Assembly (NCBI GenBank): GCA_051294905.1
Contig: CM119381.1
Location: 22,506,001 to 22,570,000, forward strand
Reading direction: 5' to 3'
Source: Botryllus schlosseri
Lineage: Eukaryota
Length of the DNA: 64,000 nt
In this document: in pieces, positions 60,990 to 64,000 of the stretch
Layout of the letters: each line of letters opens with the position of its first letter
How positions within the stretch are numbered: the first letter of the stretch is position 1
The notes under the pieces: model-generated
The model's input: the letters and a program-made list of their open reading frames with translations, nothing else
What the model was told of the DNA's origin: nothing
The model's database searches: none
Program-made: the position numbers and the translations under genes

Positions 60990-61953
60990 TATAGAAATTA
61001 AACATGGAACGGCAACGACCGATTTTGCAGCTTCGTTCCGCTTCGCCGAGGCTGGAGTGGAGAGTGGTTTTGCGTAAGCGACTGTAGGATTTCTGGCAAT
61101 TCAAAAGCTATCTTCCCGAGCACAGAAATTATTGAATATGGTCTTGATCGAAAGCCACTGCTGCACTGATTCCGAAAATATAAAGTGAAATAATGAACAG
61201 GCACTGATCCACCTAGAATCCGTCCTCCAAGTCGAAATATCGGCATTGTTCGAACAATCGGAGAGTCGCAACGGGTCATTGTTATGGCCATTGTGTTGCG
61301 GTTACCCGATTGTTCTGAACAATGCCGATATTTCAGACTTGGAGGACAGATTCTAGGTGGATAGTTGAAATTAAACATGGAACGGCAACGACCAATTTTG
61401 CAGCTTCGTTCCGCTTCGCCGAGGCTGGAGTGGAGAATTGTTTTGCGTAAGCGACTGTAGGATTTCTGGCAATCCAAAAGCTATCTTCCAGAGCGCAGAA
61501 ATTACTGAATCTGGTCTTGATCGAAAGCTACTGTTGCACCAATTCCGAAAATATGAATTAAAATATTGATCAGGCACTGATCCACCTAGAATCTGTCCCC
61601 CAAGTCTGAAATATCGGCATTGTTCAGAACAATCGAGTAACCGCAACACAACGGCCATAACAATGACCCGTTGCGACTCTCCGATTGTTCGAACAATGCC
61701 GTTATTGCACACTTGGAGGACGAATTCTAGGTGGATCAGTGCCTGATCATTATTTTAATTTATATTTTCGGAATCGGTGCAACAGTAGCTTTCGATCAAG
61801 ACCAAATTCAATAATTTCTGCGCTCGGGAAGATAGCTTTTGGATTGCCAGAAATCCTACAGTCGCTTACGCAAAACAATTCTCCACTCCAGCCTCGGTGA
61901 AGCGGAACGAAGCTGCAAAATTGGTCGTTGCCGTTCCATGTTTAATTTCTATA
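60990..61953. mobile_element. Compound fold-back structure: truncated copy plus full ~590-bp palindromic copy in opposite orientation
   Basis: 60993-61260 is directly repeated at 61367-61635. 61367-61950 is a palindrome. The 46-bp spacers at 61261-61306 and 61636-61681 are reverse complements of each other. Confidence 0.9.
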
Positions 61954-62621
61954 GTTGAACCATAGTGTCCTATAGTGGTTCAACTATAGTGTCCTATAGT
62001 GTCCTATAGGACACTATGGTTGAACTATGGAATGTTATGCAGATTGTTAAGTCACAAGGACTGCGACATTCCTTTCCAGTATAGACGAGCTGATTGGAAC
62101 CATTGTCATGATTGATGACCTGCATTCAAGGCATGGGAAACTGTTTATTATTCCGCCCTGTAAAACGAATAGGCCAGGAATATTCGGAGTCGGATAGTGA
62201 CTACACCCCGCCGGGCCGAGAATAAGGCCGTTGACTGATGTGAAATGTTGAGAGTCAATACATGCACCATTGGCCTTCTGAATTGTGAGAGGGAAAGGGA
62301 AACATGTCTTACGACTCTTTACATCAATACGAAATGAACGATACGATGTACAATATGGAATGCTGTTTTTTTTAACCTGTTCATTCACATGGCCCCTGTT
62401 CTCTTTCTAGCGACTTCCGCATTCAACCAGACAGTGTCTTTGTATGTCAATGTAATTACCCAAACCCTATGCCCGCAGTTATCCGCTAAATCCAAAATTC
62501 CCATCGTTTTGATCATTACCCACAAGTTTCGTTAATTAAAAGCGTGATCCCGAGAGATTGGCAGGTATAGTCTCCAGCGTTGCAGGCATTTACAAAAAAG
62601 ATTTCCTGACACCGTACGCAG

Positions 62622-63905
62622 ATGAGCGAATCGCAAAGCGACGAATCTGGTTCAAGCCGCAGTAATTGGCCGCAACGGAGGGTTCTTCAAATGAGTTCTG
62701 AAGGCGATTCATCCTCGTAAGCATCGATTTAGGTATCACCGAGATCGGTGGTATGGCGTATATTGATATACGACCAAGTCGTGTGCCGGTTGTCGAGAAA
62801 ACAGAGTTAGTAAATGATTCATTTTCAGGGAGAGCGAGGTTGATGTGGATACATCGCCTCCCAAATCGGCACCGGCCAAAGACATCGTTTCGTCGTATCA
62901 AGCCCTTTTAAAAGGAACGAATCGCTCCAGAAATCCTCCAATTTTAGATATGATTGTCGAAGCCATACATATGCTTGACACTGGTGTGAAAGGAGCCTCC
63001 GTCCCGGCAATAAAAGCATGCATGCGAACGAATCACGATATAAGCGAGGTATGTAACACACCGTGGTTCGGTAAACACTGCAACCCGCAGGAGTGGATCA
63101 CGGTGCACCTTCATACAGTCTTATCTTTGATCTCCCGTACGAGTCGCGTGCATCATTATTTTAGATATCGATGAAGACGCATTTTAAAAGACAAATAGAA
63201 AAAGGCATCGACAAAGGCATTTTGACTCGTCCTCCGAAGTACAAGGATAATTCTGGTACGGCTGCAATGAATTGGACAACGTGATAAATCGAAATGGACT
63301 CTGTAGATGTCTCCCCACAATATAAATAGTTATGTGAACGAGTAACGTGATGACAGATTTTTTGTTATTGACAGGCCTTACCGGCCGTTTCAAGGTGAAT
63401 CCGGAATATCTGAAATCCCAAAAGAAGGCCGCAGTACGAAAAGAGAATGATGCTAAGGCCGTGAAAGATAAAGAAAAGAGTGCCAAGGCGTCAGCTCCGA
63501 GAAAAGCGAAACAAAAATCATCGCCACCAATCAATAAAAAGAATTTGAAAAGTCTGAAAGAAAGCACCGCCGTCGCTAAGGTTCGGAGTGCAATATTGTT
63601 CATTCGTGGTCAGCTCATAGTTCTACCAATTCCCAATCTCTTCAATGCTGGTTGCTTGGCATAAATTGCAACACGGTAGTCCATTGTCATGTGAATGGGA
63701 GCTATACATTCCTGTATTCATCTGGTTATTAAGAATAAATTAGAAAACTGGTCTTGTGGAAATATCCGATAACGAGTAAGCGAAATTGTTATATTTTGTT
63801 GTGTGCGCGTACACTATACAGGCAGCGAAATTGAAAATCAAGGAAGCCCGGAGGTCCGTCGGATTATCAAAGTCGAAAAAATCAAAAGTCGTAGTGCAAA
63901 AACAG
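62622..63905 (+). CDS. Intron-containing linker histone H1, oocyte/cleavage-stage (B4/H1oo-like); 3' end beyond window
   Basis: Exons 62622-62716, 62829-63048, 63165-63255, 63375-63580, 63822-63905, phases consistent. H15 domain NPPILDMIVEAI...GASVPAIK...KGILTRP...GLTGRFKV, then a Lys/Ala-rich tail. Putative 57-nt 5'UTR intron at 62565-62621. Confidence 0.88.
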
Positions 63906-64000
63906 GTTAGTACCAGCGTAGATCGATGGAACATATGTTGTTGGGAATTGAGTTCAAGTCTTCGACAAACAGAATGAAGGGTCCATGTTGTATGATACGT

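Noticed and set aside
60955-61000. Signal-peptide exon split by the fold-back (CLISIVQLFLQFSNC plus GTAAGT)
   Set aside because: Part of it is the element terminus and the phase is wrong; a proper ATG/signal exon exists at 60572-60530. The donor could still belong to a 5'UTR exon.
62047-62388. 113-aa minus-strand ORF, and FN2-like or LINE-like peptides on the plus strand
   Set aside because: No complete motif, stops in the plus-strand frames and no consistent splice chain.
1-64000. Horizontally acquired bacterial or viral cassette, or defence system
   Set aside because: No intronless operon-like ORF cluster, integrase, capsid or polymerase motif was found; all convincing coding sequence is spliced host genes or retroelement debris.

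Overview
AT-rich eukaryotic (invertebrate animal) genomic DNA. Tunicate-like is only a guess from gene content and the many 53-71 nt introns; it cannot be proven here. I reconstructed four spliced genes by hand with consistent GT-AG phases. (1) A secreted chymotrypsin-type S1 protease (+, 3880-9230, 6 exons, 266 aa). (2) A large NHERF/PDZK1-like scaffold with SIX PDZ domains and a long acidic/Pro-rich tail (-, 45155-20065, 17 exons, 1199 aa). (3) A type-I IgSF receptor: signal, V-set, 5 further Ig, FN3, FN3-like, TM (-, 60572 to ~50836/51060). (4) An intron-containing oocyte-type linker histone H1 (+, from 62622, running off the window). A fifth, less certain locus (-, 16199-11259) has a signal peptide and Cys-rich exons with GDNF-receptor-alpha/GAS1-like spacing, and probably a frameshift. 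Introns and intergenic DNA are packed with non-autonomous DNA transposons, 13 of them with readable 8-bp target-site duplications (hAT-type). There are also several 560-960 bp fold-back palindromes, LINE 3' fragments and tRNA-derived SINEs. No CRISPR array, rRNA, bona fide tRNA or bacterial/viral gene was seen. No database searches were run; family calls rest on motifs read by eye.
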